Source: a bacterium (GTDB taxonomy: Bacteria; UBA8248). Taken from it: a stretch of DNA of 64,000 bases. Position 1 is the stretch's first letter, and the number at the start of each line of letters is the position of its first letter. The stretch is from the NCBI GenBank assembly GCA_965207065.1, contig OZ242260.1, positions 2,528,001 to 2,592,000 on the forward strand. Reading direction: 5' to 3'. A model generated the notes under the pieces. The model was not told where the DNA came from, searched no databases, and saw only the letters and a list, made by a program, of their open reading frames with translations. The position numbers were made by a program, and so were the translations under genes. Positions 41,840 through 50,709 of this stretch are shown piece by piece.

Positions 41840-43156
41840 ATGGAAGCAACTGCCTACCAGAGTTTCATGGAAGAGCGAATCACCCATATCACCGAAGCCT
41901 GTACGCACTGCGGAAAGTGTTACGAAGTCTGCCCGATGGTCACGTATTCAGAAGCCAAGGGAGCAGAACCCGAGCGGGTGACGAAATCGGTGATCGACAT
42001 CATCAATGATCGCCCTCATGAGCCGGATGGGGCGCTTTGGGCCAAAGCCTGTCAGAAAAGCGGCGTTTGCATCGAGGCCTGCCCGGAGGACGTCAACCCG
42101 CGTGAAATGCTCTCCTACGCCAAGCTCAAACTCCAGAACGTCGAATCTGAGAAAGCGGACATTCAAGAGGCCGGCAAGACTTATTTTCAGGATATGAGCC
42201 GCAAGATCCGTTTCATGGCCGCGCTCCAGCTCGAACCCGAGCTATTCAGAGGTCTCACTGCCGTGCGGGGACCCGGGGCAAGCAAAGTGGATGCGGTGTT
42301 TTATTTCGGATGCAACATCCTCCAGACGCCTCACATCCTGCTCTCCTGTATCGATGTTTTCGACCGGCTCGGGCTGGACTATGAGGTCGCCGGCGGCGTG
42401 GGCCATTGTTGCGGCATCAACCACATCAGGCGAGGGGATCTTGAGGCGGGAGGAGAGATGGGGGCGCGTTCGCTTGCGCATTTCAAATCTTATGAGCCGG
42501 AACGGGTCATTACGTTTTGCCCCACTTGCCAGATGCAGTATTCCGAATATCAACACCTCTACACTGGAAAGCCGGTTCTCCCGATGGCGGGTGACTCTGA
42601 TCATATCGAGGAGGAAATCCTGCCGTTCATCCACATTACGCAATACCTGGTGGATAATCTGGAAACTTTACGGGGAGAATTCACGCAAAAGGTGGAAAAG
42701 CGCGTGGCCGTGCACCTGCACGGGGGAACCGATGGCGTCGAGGAAAACGTCATAAAAATCCTGCGAGCGGTCCCCGGACTCGAGTTCGTGGAGATTGAAC
42801 AGTTATCGGATCATGCCTATCAGTGCCCTACGCTCGTCATTCCCGAGGCGAAAGCGGCGATGCGCGAGAAGCTTATGGACTCTGCGCGCCGCGCCGGGGT
42901 GGATTCCCTGCTCACCGTTTACCATAGCTGCCACCGGGAGCTATGTGATCTCGAAAAGGGGGAGCCCTTTGAAATCGAGAATTTCATGACGATTCTCGGC
43001 CAGGCCATGGGTTTTGAGTATCCCGATTACACGAAGACGTACAAAATTTATGAGGATATCGATCTGGTCATCCAGGAGGCGGAGGACACGCTGCGCGCCT
43101 TTGGCATGGCGCCCGAGAAAATGCGGGAGCAGCTTCAAACGGCGCTCTACGGCTGA
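41840..43156 (+). CDS. Fe-S oxidoreductase with ferredoxin-like and CCG-type domains (GlcF/HdrD-like)
   Basis: CTHCGKCYEVCP, CQKSGVCIEACP, YFGC, HCCG, FCPTC. Confidence 0.82.
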   Translation: MEATAYQSFMEERITHITEACTHCGKCYEVCPMVTYSEAKGAEPERVTKSVIDIINDRPHEPDGALWAKACQKSGVCIEACPEDVNPREMLSYAKLKLQNVESEKADIQEAGKTYFQDMSRKIRFMAALQLEPELFRGLTAVRGPGASKVDAVFYFGCNILQTPHILLSCIDVFDRLGLDYEVAGGVGHCCGINHIRRGDLEAGGEMGARSLAHFKSYEPERVITFCPTCQMQYSEYQHLYTGKPVLPMAGDSDHIEEEILPFIHITQYLVDNLETLRGEFTQKVEKRVAVHLHGGTDGVEENVIKILRAVPGLEFVEIEQLSDHAYQCPTLVIPEAKAAMREKLMDSARRAGVDSLLTVYHSCHRELCDLEKGEPFEIENFMTILGQAMGFEYPDYTKTYKIYEDIDLVIQEAEDTLRAFGMAPEKMREQLQTALYG

Positions 43157-43206
43157 GAACCGGTCAATCCAGCTTTTCTAACATGTTGAAAACGCGCGGA
43201 TATTCC

Positions 43207-43893
43207 TTATTTGCGCGCCAGAACGATGTCGAAATTTCCCAGTTGATAGGTTTTTCCCCAGGAGACTTTCTTGAGCGAAATGATCAGAGAGGGTCTCGAG
43301 CGTTCATGGTCGCCCAGTCTCGGGTCGCCCCGGAAATACAACTGCGTCACCAGGGGCTGATAATCGGGATGGCGGATATAGAAATGGATGTGTGAGGGCC
43401 TCGCCCAGAAGCCGAATCCGTAACGTCCCGGATGCACGGTCTCGAACTGATACAGGCCACGCCTTGTGGTGCGCATACGCGCCCTGTAGAGGTAATTCTC
43501 CCTCTCGTCCATGCCGTGGTAGCTGCCGCCGTCATCCGCCTGCCAGACGTCCACAGTCGCGCCCTCGAGCGTTTTCTGGGTGTCGTGTCCATATACGTGG
43601 CCGCGGATGATCATGGGCGTGCCCGGCGCGCCCTGGGGCATCAGGCGGCCGCGGAAAGGAGCCCCTTCCTTGTAGTAGGGTCCCATGGAGTCCGCGGCGG
43701 TCGGCTTTCGCGCTATTGGAGGCGCCTCATCCGGTTTCTCGCCTTGCGCAATCAGAAACTTCCCGAATTCCCCCAGTTCCCCGTAGGCGGGCGTGGGAGC
43801 GAGGGTTTGCCTGAACGCGAAGGCGCCCGCGCCCAGCGCAGTGAGGCCGATCAGGGTGTTTTTCAGCAGTTCCCGTCTGTTCCATTTCTTCAT
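43207..43893 (-). CDS. Intradiol ring-cleavage dioxygenase family protein with Tat signal
   Basis: NRRELLK twin-arginine leader; GPYY, VDVWQAD..G.Y, HPGRY, RPSHIH. Confidence 0.88.
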   Translation of the reverse strand: MKKWNRRELLKNTLIGLTALGAGAFAFRQTLAPTPAYGELGEFGKFLIAQGEKPDEAPPIARKPTAADSMGPYYKEGAPFRGRLMPQGAPGTPMIIRGHVYGHDTQKTLEGATVDVWQADDGGSYHGMDERENYLYRARMRTTRRGLYQFETVHPGRYGFGFWARPSHIHFYIRHPDYQPLVTQLYFRGDPRLGDHERSRPSLIISLKKVSWGKTYQLGNFDIVLARK

Positions 43894-44090
43894 GGCGAAA
43901 TACCTGCGGCGGCGGGGCCAAGTTTCTTGAAGCAGACTATCACTTCAGAGCGGGAAGGTTCCAGTGCCGGAAATTCACACGGCATATTGACGCGATGGCG
44001 TCACCTCGCCACCGGCGCGAGAGTGCTTGAAAATACTGGCTTTCCGGCGTAATCTCCTCCCCGGCGCGCCTCATCGTGGATACGACGGAA

Positions 44091-44477
44091 TCAACCCCGC
44101 TGCGCCATCTCGATGCTGATGTTGTCAGGCCCCTTGATGAAGGCGATCTTCACGCCCGGGCGTATCTCCCAGGGCTCGCAAATCCACTCGGCGCCCTTTT
44201 CGGTCAGCTCTTTTTGCGCCTCGTCCATGTCGTCGACCCGGAGCCCGAAATGGTCCAGCCCGTAGCGGGGGTCTGAGCCCGTCCGCACCGGGTCTTCTCC
44301 CTCCGCCCGGCCCGAGACGAGGAACACCATGCCGTTCAGGTCCATGTTGAACGAGGGCGCGCCGCCCAGCTTTCGCTCCTCCACGACGGTGGCGCCGAAC
44401 ATGTCGATCCAGAAATCGCGTGCGGCGTGCGGGTCTTCGCTCCTGAAGTGAAGGTGGTCGTATGAGTATCTGGCCAT
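44091..44477 (-). CDS. VOC / glyoxalase family protein
   Basis: YDHLH, GLDHFGLRVDD, AFIKGPDNISIE. Confidence 0.9.
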   Translation of the reverse strand: MARYSYDHLHFRSEDPHAARDFWIDMFGATVVEERKLGGAPSFNMDLNGMVFLVSGRAEGEDPVRTGSDPRYGLDHFGLRVDDMDEAQKELTEKGAEWICEPWEIRPGVKIAFIKGPDNISIEMAQRG

Positions 44478-44602
44478 GCGGGAATCCCCTCTCGATAAGC
44501 TGTGAACCTCGTGTCTGACGACGAGTCCGGTTGTCTATCGGCTTGATAAGCCTTGGATTGTAAGGATGGCGGCCGGGAGTGGCAAGGGGCTGGAAGCCAG
44601 GT

Positions 44603-45244
44603 CTAGCCGGGCCCGCCCTCTTCTTCCTGTATGAGTTTCTCCGCCTCGGCCATCTCGTGGAAAAGCGCGCAAGTAGCTGAAAAATCACGTTCCAGCTTGT
44701 CGAAAAGCTCCCTGATTTGCCCGGGCGAGGCGACTTTCGAGAGCTGGCCGTGAACCGCCTCCCAGGAGAGCGTCCCGTGCTCTCCGCGCTTGAAATCCGT
44801 CTCCTCGCTCGCCGTGATGGCGTCGTACAGCTCGTTTTCGTGTTCGAGTATATCCCGGAGCACCGGCTCGTAGTTCGGGTCGTTCGATTCCAGGTAGCGC
44901 TTGAGGTAGTGCCTGAAAGCGGGCTCTTTTTCCACCGGCTGCGGGTCGGACATCTCGCGCATGACCCGGCAGGTGACGGAGAAATCCTTCTCCAGACGCT
45001 CGAAGAGCTGCTCGATGTGGAAGGGGGTGAGAATGTCCGTAAGTTCAGTAAAAACAACGTGCCACATGTGGGAAAGCCGCTCTCCGCGGGCCGATTCCGC
45101 GCCCTCGCCGATGGTGCTCTCGTCATAGATTTCGTGCTCGTGTTCGAGCAAGTCCATGAGCACCGGCTCGTAGTTCGGGTCGGCCGAATGGAGGTAGCGC
45201 ATGAGATAGGGCTTGTATTTCCGTACTTTATGGCGTCTGGGCAT
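44603..45244 (-). CDS. Hypothetical protein made of two ~100-aa tandem repeats
   Basis: YL.RYL.S.DPNYEPVL.D.LEHE.E.YD...LF..LE.DFS.TC occurs twice, exactly 300 nt apart; preceded by an AGAGGA RBS. Confidence 0.75.
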   Translation of the reverse strand: MPRRHKVRKYKPYLMRYLHSADPNYEPVLMDLLEHEHEIYDESTIGEGAESARGERLSHMWHVVFTELTDILTPFHIEQLFERLEKDFSVTCRVMREMSDPQPVEKEPAFRHYLKRYLESNDPNYEPVLRDILEHENELYDAITASEETDFKRGEHGTLSWEAVHGQLSKVASPGQIRELFDKLERDFSATCALFHEMAEAEKLIQEEEGGPG

Positions 45245-45906
45245 TGCGGGTTCCTCTGATGAAAAGCTACCGGATATGACGTCCCATTATACCACCAAAC
45301 CGGGGCGCCTCGCTACGGGGTGATGCGCGTCGCCGGGGCGATTCCCCGTAACCTGCTGATATGAAAGAGGATACTGTCTCTAAAAAAAATGGAAGCCGGT
45401 TTTCGTGTCCGGGGGAATATCACCGCAGCATTTGCGCGCATTTGCCGTCATCGCGCAAGGCGCGGCTCATGGCAGAATTCCCCTGCGCCGCACTTCCGCG
45501 GCGTCATTTCCCAAAAAATTCAATTTCCGGAAATTTATCGAAAAACCCCGTGAATTTATCGATATTTATCTAATTTATCGGTTACAAAACCCGACCGATG
45601 AGGAAGGGTTTGACCCGGCCGGGGAGGGTTTCCCTGTTCTCGAACGAACCGCGCGGCTCCGACATCATACGCGGTTTCTTCCTCCGGCCCTTGACCGCAA
45701 ATGCGGGAAATTGCGCGCCGGACGCTGCCGGGAAACTCGATTCCGACTGGAGAAGCAGGGGCTGCAACGCCCCCGGGAGGAGCCATCATACGGCGCGCCA
45801 ACCCCTCAGGATACCTCCTTGCGATTCATCCCGGCGCACCGCAAATGCGGGGTAATGCGCGCCCCGCGTGTTGTGGCAGGTCCATGAAGAGGCAATCTCG
45901 ACGGAG

Positions 45907-46112
45907 GGGGATGTTGAAAAAGCCCCCTTTTTCGGGGATAGAGGAGACGCCCCTATCGACCTGAAAACCAACCCCCCCTACCCCCCCTTGTCAGGGGGGT
46001 AAGAAAAAACAAAAGCCTCTCTACCCGGTGGGGGGTGTTGCCTTTTTATACCCCCCTGACAAGGGGGGGTAGGGGGGGTTGCTCTTTGGACAAAGGCTTT
46101 TCCAACAGCTCC
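45907..46112. mobile_element. MITE-like non-autonomous element with an internal perfect palindrome
   Basis: Imperfect terminal inverted repeats ggggatgttgaaaaagcc / ggcttttccaacagctcc (15/18); internal perfect 33-bp inverted repeat 45969-46001 / 46049-46081. Confidence 0.6.
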
Positions 46113-46124
46113 GAAGAGGGGGGG

Positions 46125-46151
46125 TGATCCTCAGGCGGCGGCGCCGCTCGC
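46125..46151 (+). repeat. 27-bp direct repeat, copy 1
   Basis: tgatcctcaggcggcggcgccgctcgc, identical to 54115-54141. Confidence 0.9.
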
Positions 46152-46459
46152 CGTGGCCGCAGGCCGCCTATTGCCCGCCGCGGGTATGAAGCGCACCGGC
46201 GGAGGTGTTTCTCGGCCTCTCCTGGCGAAGGTTAAGCCTGACTGGAGGCAGGCTGTTGCGGGTCGAGATTTGGAAGACGCTCCGACAGGGACTCGCCGGG
46301 ATGCGCGGGAATGATAATGAATCCGCTTTCGCTTTGATAACATGGCATGCAAGGCGGGTTTCGAACGAAAATGTGATTAAAGAACTTTACCTCATGATAT
46401 CAATGGGATAGAAGGGTACTACCGCCGATGAAGAAGACTCGACGCATGTAAGCGGGTCA

Positions 46460-46845
46460 AACAGACATACAAACGCCCTCCTGCGAACTCTGGCAAGTAT
46501 CACAGGAGGGCGCTATGAGGCCGCTCCCTTGTGCGGCCGTTTCCGTCCGGTATTCAGGAGGACTCAACTCCTTGAAACACGGGACAGCATTTCGTGAAGG
46601 GGAGCCGGAAATCAGGCATCGTGAAGGAAGGCTGCGACACATTCCATGCGAGGCGCAGTTTCCGGCTCCCAAAAGCGTGTTGAACAGGGGCTGCCCGTTG
46701 TTCCCGTTCCCGGCTCGAGGACTCAAACTCATAGCAAGGAGCGGTACAGTTTGCTCTATCACGAGGGAAGCAACCAACGGGCAACCCCCTTTTTCGCTCT
46801 CCGCCCTGGCCCTGGGCTCTAAGCCCCGGGGCCATAGGCGTTGTT
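46460..46845 (-). ncRNA. Candidate structured RNA / structured 3' UTR (six consecutive hairpins, the last terminator-like)
   Basis: Hairpins at 46802-46840, 46686-46790, 46600-46670, 46545-46585, 46519-46538 and 46474-46512; plus-strand C/A mismatches become G-U pairs on the minus strand; the final stem is followed by UUUGUAUGUCUGUUU. Confidence 0.5.
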
Positions 46846-46850
46846 CTCTG

Positions 46851-48509
46851 TTACCTGTTCGCACCGAACGCCCCGATGAAGGCGGCGTCACCCCCTGATT
46901 CGGTTTGCTTGGTAGCGTAAAATGTTCCCGCGACCGAACCGGGAGCATCGGGAGTGTACATTGTTGTTTCGGTTGTTATTGGAGGAACTGCGGTATTCGT
47001 CATCCTGTCCGTTTCTGGTTTAGCTCTAAGCCCGAAAAACTGGCCTTTCCAGTTGCCGACGTAGGGGACACCCGCGACAGTTCCGGCAGTCCCAGCCGTA
47101 AATGACTCGGCTATACCAGTGTCTGCAAGATCAACTTTTTGTAATTCGATGCTGCCCGGAATCGTTTGTCCGCCGGCGTTGATGCTCGTGACCTTGCCCT
47201 CGATGCTGCCGGTAGCGGCACTATTTACTGGATTCTGAAATTCTGCGGTGAGTTCAACGCTCGCTTGGAAATAACTCGTATCTCCTCCCGTGAGGTAGGC
47301 ACCGTTCGCATCCCCTCGATAGGTGGCTGTTATGGCATCGCCCGCTTCAACAAAACTGCTGATTGTGCCGAAACCTGTAGTCGTTTCACACGTACTAGTG
47401 GTGGTTGATGAGGCTCGCATTCCACTATTTTGAGACACGGTACAGAAGTTTTTGCTGCCGGTGATGGGTTCACTCCCATATGCAAAAGCCGTTATTCCGG
47501 AACTTGTAAGCCATATTCCGGCGAGCATGTAATCGGTGTCGTTAAGTACGTGATCAGTTTCTTTTCCAGTATCTTGTCCATCTCCATCATATAAGGGGGT
47601 GGCGGGATTATCTCCCAATTTGGTTTGCGCAATGTCCGTGTAGGCATTCACGAAAACAGTGTCATCGGCATTTTTCATATCGAAGCCATATTGAAGCTTG
47701 CTCGGTCCATTAAGGGTGTCCCTCGTATTTGATCCGAAAGGACTTCCTGAAATCTCTAGCTGGACCGACCGAACCCCCGGTTTCCTGGTTGAACCGGTCA
47801 CGGTATCCGCAGGATATAGAGCACAAGGTGCGGCGCATGAGGTGCCGTCCGTAGTAGTGCCGGTCTCTGATATAACAAGGCTATCTGGCGTAAGATCGCC
47901 TATAATGGTGTCAACGACGCGCTTGTTGTCTATCAACTCCATGATGAGCGAGGAGTTGTTCGTGAATGCCGTTACAGTTTGTCCGGGAGGGGGAGTCATA
48001 GGGGTTTGCAAGGCAATTTGGATGCTCTCCACCCCCGTTTGCGCCGTCAACAGGTCTGCCAGCGCCGTCCTCGCTTCCGCCAACGCCATTCCAGCCGCCT
48101 CAGGCGTGGTGGCCGCATTCACCGCGGCGTTCGCGGCCGTGATGTCCGCCAGGGCGTCCTGCGCGGCGAGCAGATAATTGATCGCGAGATCTATCTGCGC
48201 ATCCGTGGCGTCCAGGTGGGCATACACCGCATTCGCCGCCGTGCGCGCCGCTCCCTCCCGCCTACGGGCGTCGTCGACGATGACGCCGAGATCATCCTGC
48301 GCTTTTTCAATCTTTTCCTCGTCCGTCGGCCCCGGGTCCATGCAGTCCGGGTACGTTCCGACTTGAGGCGACGTGCATTCCATCACGGGCGGCATCTCTT
48401 CTTCTTCCATCATGGCGCTGCCGCCCCCGCCGCCGCCGCCGCAACCGGAGGCAAATGCCGCAATGCACACGACAAATACCATCAATCCCAAATTTCTGAG
48501 CATTCTCAT
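46851..48509 (-). CDS. Surface lipoprotein with a TbpB-like C-terminal beta-barrel
   Basis: Lipobox ASGC followed by a poly-Gly tether; Ala-rich helical segment; ATYRGDANG.Y, W.GQFFG, GSVAGTF, terminal IGAFGANR. Confidence 0.8.
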   Translation of the reverse strand: MRMLRNLGLMVFVVCIAAFASGCGGGGGGGSAMMEEEEMPPVMECTSPQVGTYPDCMDPGPTDEEKIEKAQDDLGVIVDDARRREGAARTAANAVYAHLDATDAQIDLAINYLLAAQDALADITAANAAVNAATTPEAAGMALAEARTALADLLTAQTGVESIQIALQTPMTPPPGQTVTAFTNNSSLIMELIDNKRVVDTIIGDLTPDSLVISETGTTTDGTSCAAPCALYPADTVTGSTRKPGVRSVQLEISGSPFGSNTRDTLNGPSKLQYGFDMKNADDTVFVNAYTDIAQTKLGDNPATPLYDGDGQDTGKETDHVLNDTDYMLAGIWLTSSGITAFAYGSEPITGSKNFCTVSQNSGMRASSTTTSTCETTTGFGTISSFVEAGDAITATYRGDANGAYLTGGDTSYFQASVELTAEFQNPVNSAATGSIEGKVTSINAGGQTIPGSIELQKVDLADTGIAESFTAGTAGTVAGVPYVGNWKGQFFGLRAKPETDRMTNTAVPPITTETTMYTPDAPGSVAGTFYATKQTESGGDAAFIGAFGANR

Positions 48510-48592
48510 TAATTGCCCCCCAAGGCTGGTTCCTTCCAGGAAAACGGAAGGGGCGAGCGGATAAAACGAGATTCAATTTACTGCTTGCGCTT

Positions 48593-48659
48593 GCGCGGCG
48601 ACGGAACGCCGCGCTCTTAACATCCCCCCGGCCACGGGCGTCATGCAGACGCCCGTGGC
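48593..48659. other. Two perfect hairpins between the lipoprotein genes
   Basis: gcgcggcg-acggaa-cgccgcgc (48593-48614); gccacgggcgtc-atgca-gacgcccgtggc (48631-48659). Confidence 0.7.
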
Positions 48660-48677
48660 TGAAGGCGTAGTGCTCTA

Positions 48678-50585
48678 CTAGTCAGCCTTCCGCGCGCCGA
48701 ACGCGCCCAGGATGCTGGTCCCGGGAATGACCGAGTTGGCGCCGAAGGTGCCTGCCGCGGTCGTGGGGAATTCGGTTCGAACCGCCACTCCGGCTGCCCT
48801 GTTGGGACCGTAGAACTGTCCGTGCCAGGCGCCCGACATGGCCCTGCCGCCCAAGGTGCCTCCCGTACTACCGCTGAACGTGGTGGCCGCAGCAACACCA
48901 TCGGCGCTAAGCACCGGCGCCCTTCCGAGCGTCAGCGAGCCGTCAACGTCCATGCCGCCAGCCTTGATGTTGGTGATGGATCCGGTGACGGCGCCGAAGA
49001 GTAACGTGTCGGCAACATTGTTTCTGGGATTGGAATCAACACCGCTTCGGCCACCGAAATTGGCCATCAGGCTGGCGTCCGCCTCGAAATACTCGACCAT
49101 ACCGGCCGCCGAATACAGGCCGGTCGCGGCACCATTGTACGTGGCCGAGCCCGTAAGAGCGGCCGGTACGGCGAACGGGTTGTTACCAGCCGCGAAAGCG
49201 GCGGCCGTGGCGGGATTGGTCGGACCATTAGCGTCCGTCCCGGGTACTGCGTTCGGAACGCTCACCCAAACGCCCCAAGCCAGATAGTCGGAGTCTGGCC
49301 TCGTGATAACACCGGGTATGGCGGGCTGGAACACGTAGCCCTGGATCGCCCTGACAACGCCCGTGGCATCCACGCTAATGGAGCAATCAAGTATGGCACC
49401 ACAAAAGAATCGTCCCGACCGAGCCGGATTACCGTCAGTAGGATTCTCATTATACGTTGCCGCAAAATGGCTTCCGTCTCCCGGAATTTCTCCGGTAATT
49501 ACAGCCTGGTCCACTACGGTGTCTAAGTTGCCGTTTGCGTCTGGTGCTTCGTCCAAGGCGTTGTTCCCATTGAGATCTCTCAGATTAATAGCACCCGCAG
49601 CATTGTAGGCCTGTCCAGGCGGATTGATGTCCGTGTAGATGACGGCATTCTCTCTCCAGCCGGCTGGGCCCGATCGGGACCTGGTCATTTCGGCGCCTTC
49701 CCAGCCGCCGCCCGGCTTCTCGCCGCTCATCACCAGCGCCGCCGGGGTTTCGCCTCTCCTCAGCGTGTTGACGGCGAGTGGGGCGGGGGGGGCGTTGCCG
49801 TTGTTGCCGGTGACCGCGTTTACCGTAAATCTGGGTGCGGTACCGGTATGACTCGCCGCTACCGTGACCTGTCCGATGTGAACGGGAGGGACAGCATTAT
49901 TTACTCTGCCTTGGTTGATGGTCGCGATAGTTTCAGCACCATTGTCAGCATCGTTATCGGTATTGACTCCGGCATTGTTCGCGATAGCCGCTCCCGCCGC
50001 GCTATTCAAGGCCGCGCCCACTCTTCCCGCATTGGATATCGGAGCGGGAGCAGGTACGCCAATGAGCGCTGCGCTGTCGATGGCGCTTTTGTTCGCGGCC
50101 GCGTTCGCCACTGTCGTGATTCCCAAACCGCGCGTCATGCCGGCTTCCACCGCCATGTCGCGGGCCGCCTCGGCCGCCATCTGGTGCGTCATGGCGTCTT
50201 CAGAAGTCGTGGCCGCCTGCGCCGCTGCGTTGGCTGTACCGGCCGCCGCAGCTTGCACTTGAGCGTTTGCCATCGCCACGGGGTCCACCGCGCCGTACAC
50301 GGCCGCCATCGCCGCCGTAAACGCCGCCATGGCCGCATCCTGCGCGTCGCTCAGAGCCGTTGCTTCGGCCATTTCCGCGGCAACGTCTGCGGCGGAAGTG
50401 CAGGAACCGTCCGCGTTATACCGGCCGCCGTCACCCTCGCACATTTCCTGCGGGGTGGGGTCCGGCATGGCGGGCGGCTCTTCAACGGCAGCCGTTCCGC
50501 CGCCGCCGCCGCAGCCGGCAATCGCGAAGCTCGCCGCAATCAGAAGGGCGATAAAGATGTTTCCGAACTTTCCTGAGTTTCTCAT
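48678..50585 (-). CDS. Surface lipoprotein with a TbpB-like C-terminal beta-barrel (paralogue)
   Basis: ATG after AAGGAG; lipobox IAGC followed by poly-Gly; Ala-rich helix; DYLAWGVW, ATYNGAATGLY, W.GQFYG, AAGTFGA, terminal LGAFGARKAD. Confidence 0.82.
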   Translation of the reverse strand: MRNSGKFGNIFIALLIAASFAIAGCGGGGGTAAVEEPPAMPDPTPQEMCEGDGGRYNADGSCTSAADVAAEMAEATALSDAQDAAMAAFTAAMAAVYGAVDPVAMANAQVQAAAAGTANAAAQAATTSEDAMTHQMAAEAARDMAVEAGMTRGLGITTVANAAANKSAIDSAALIGVPAPAPISNAGRVGAALNSAAGAAIANNAGVNTDNDADNGAETIATINQGRVNNAVPPVHIGQVTVAASHTGTAPRFTVNAVTGNNGNAPPAPLAVNTLRRGETPAALVMSGEKPGGGWEGAEMTRSRSGPAGWRENAVIYTDINPPGQAYNAAGAINLRDLNGNNALDEAPDANGNLDTVVDQAVITGEIPGDGSHFAATYNENPTDGNPARSGRFFCGAILDCSISVDATGVVRAIQGYVFQPAIPGVITRPDSDYLAWGVWVSVPNAVPGTDANGPTNPATAAAFAAGNNPFAVPAALTGSATYNGAATGLYSAAGMVEYFEADASLMANFGGRSGVDSNPRNNVADTLLFGAVTGSITNIKAGGMDVDGSLTLGRAPVLSADGVAAATTFSGSTGGTLGGRAMSGAWHGQFYGPNRAAGVAVRTEFPTTAAGTFGANSVIPGTSILGAFGARKAD

Positions 50586-50709
50586 CTTGTTGTTCTCCTT
50601 GTTGATGGTAAGTAAAACTGCCGCTTCTCTTTTTGCTTCATTAGTCTTGGTGGCTCCGGTACGCCAAAACGCACCACGTCCTGGCCAGAAGTCATTTACA
50701 ATTTCAGTC

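Noticed and set aside
45361-45971. Several overlapping short ORFs
   Set aside because: No family motifs, mutually overlapping, low-complexity Arg/Pro-rich translations
45420-46160. CRISPR array
   Set aside because: Repeats occur in only two or three imperfect copies without regular spacers; no cas genes
46457-46948. ORFs over the hairpin array (163, 127 and 93 aa)
   Set aside because: They overlap each other or the lipoprotein end and lack motifs; the region is better explained by RNA or DNA structure
46851-50585. Diversity-generating retroelement acting on the lipoproteins
   Set aside because: No reverse transcriptase and no TR/VR pair differing at adenines is visible
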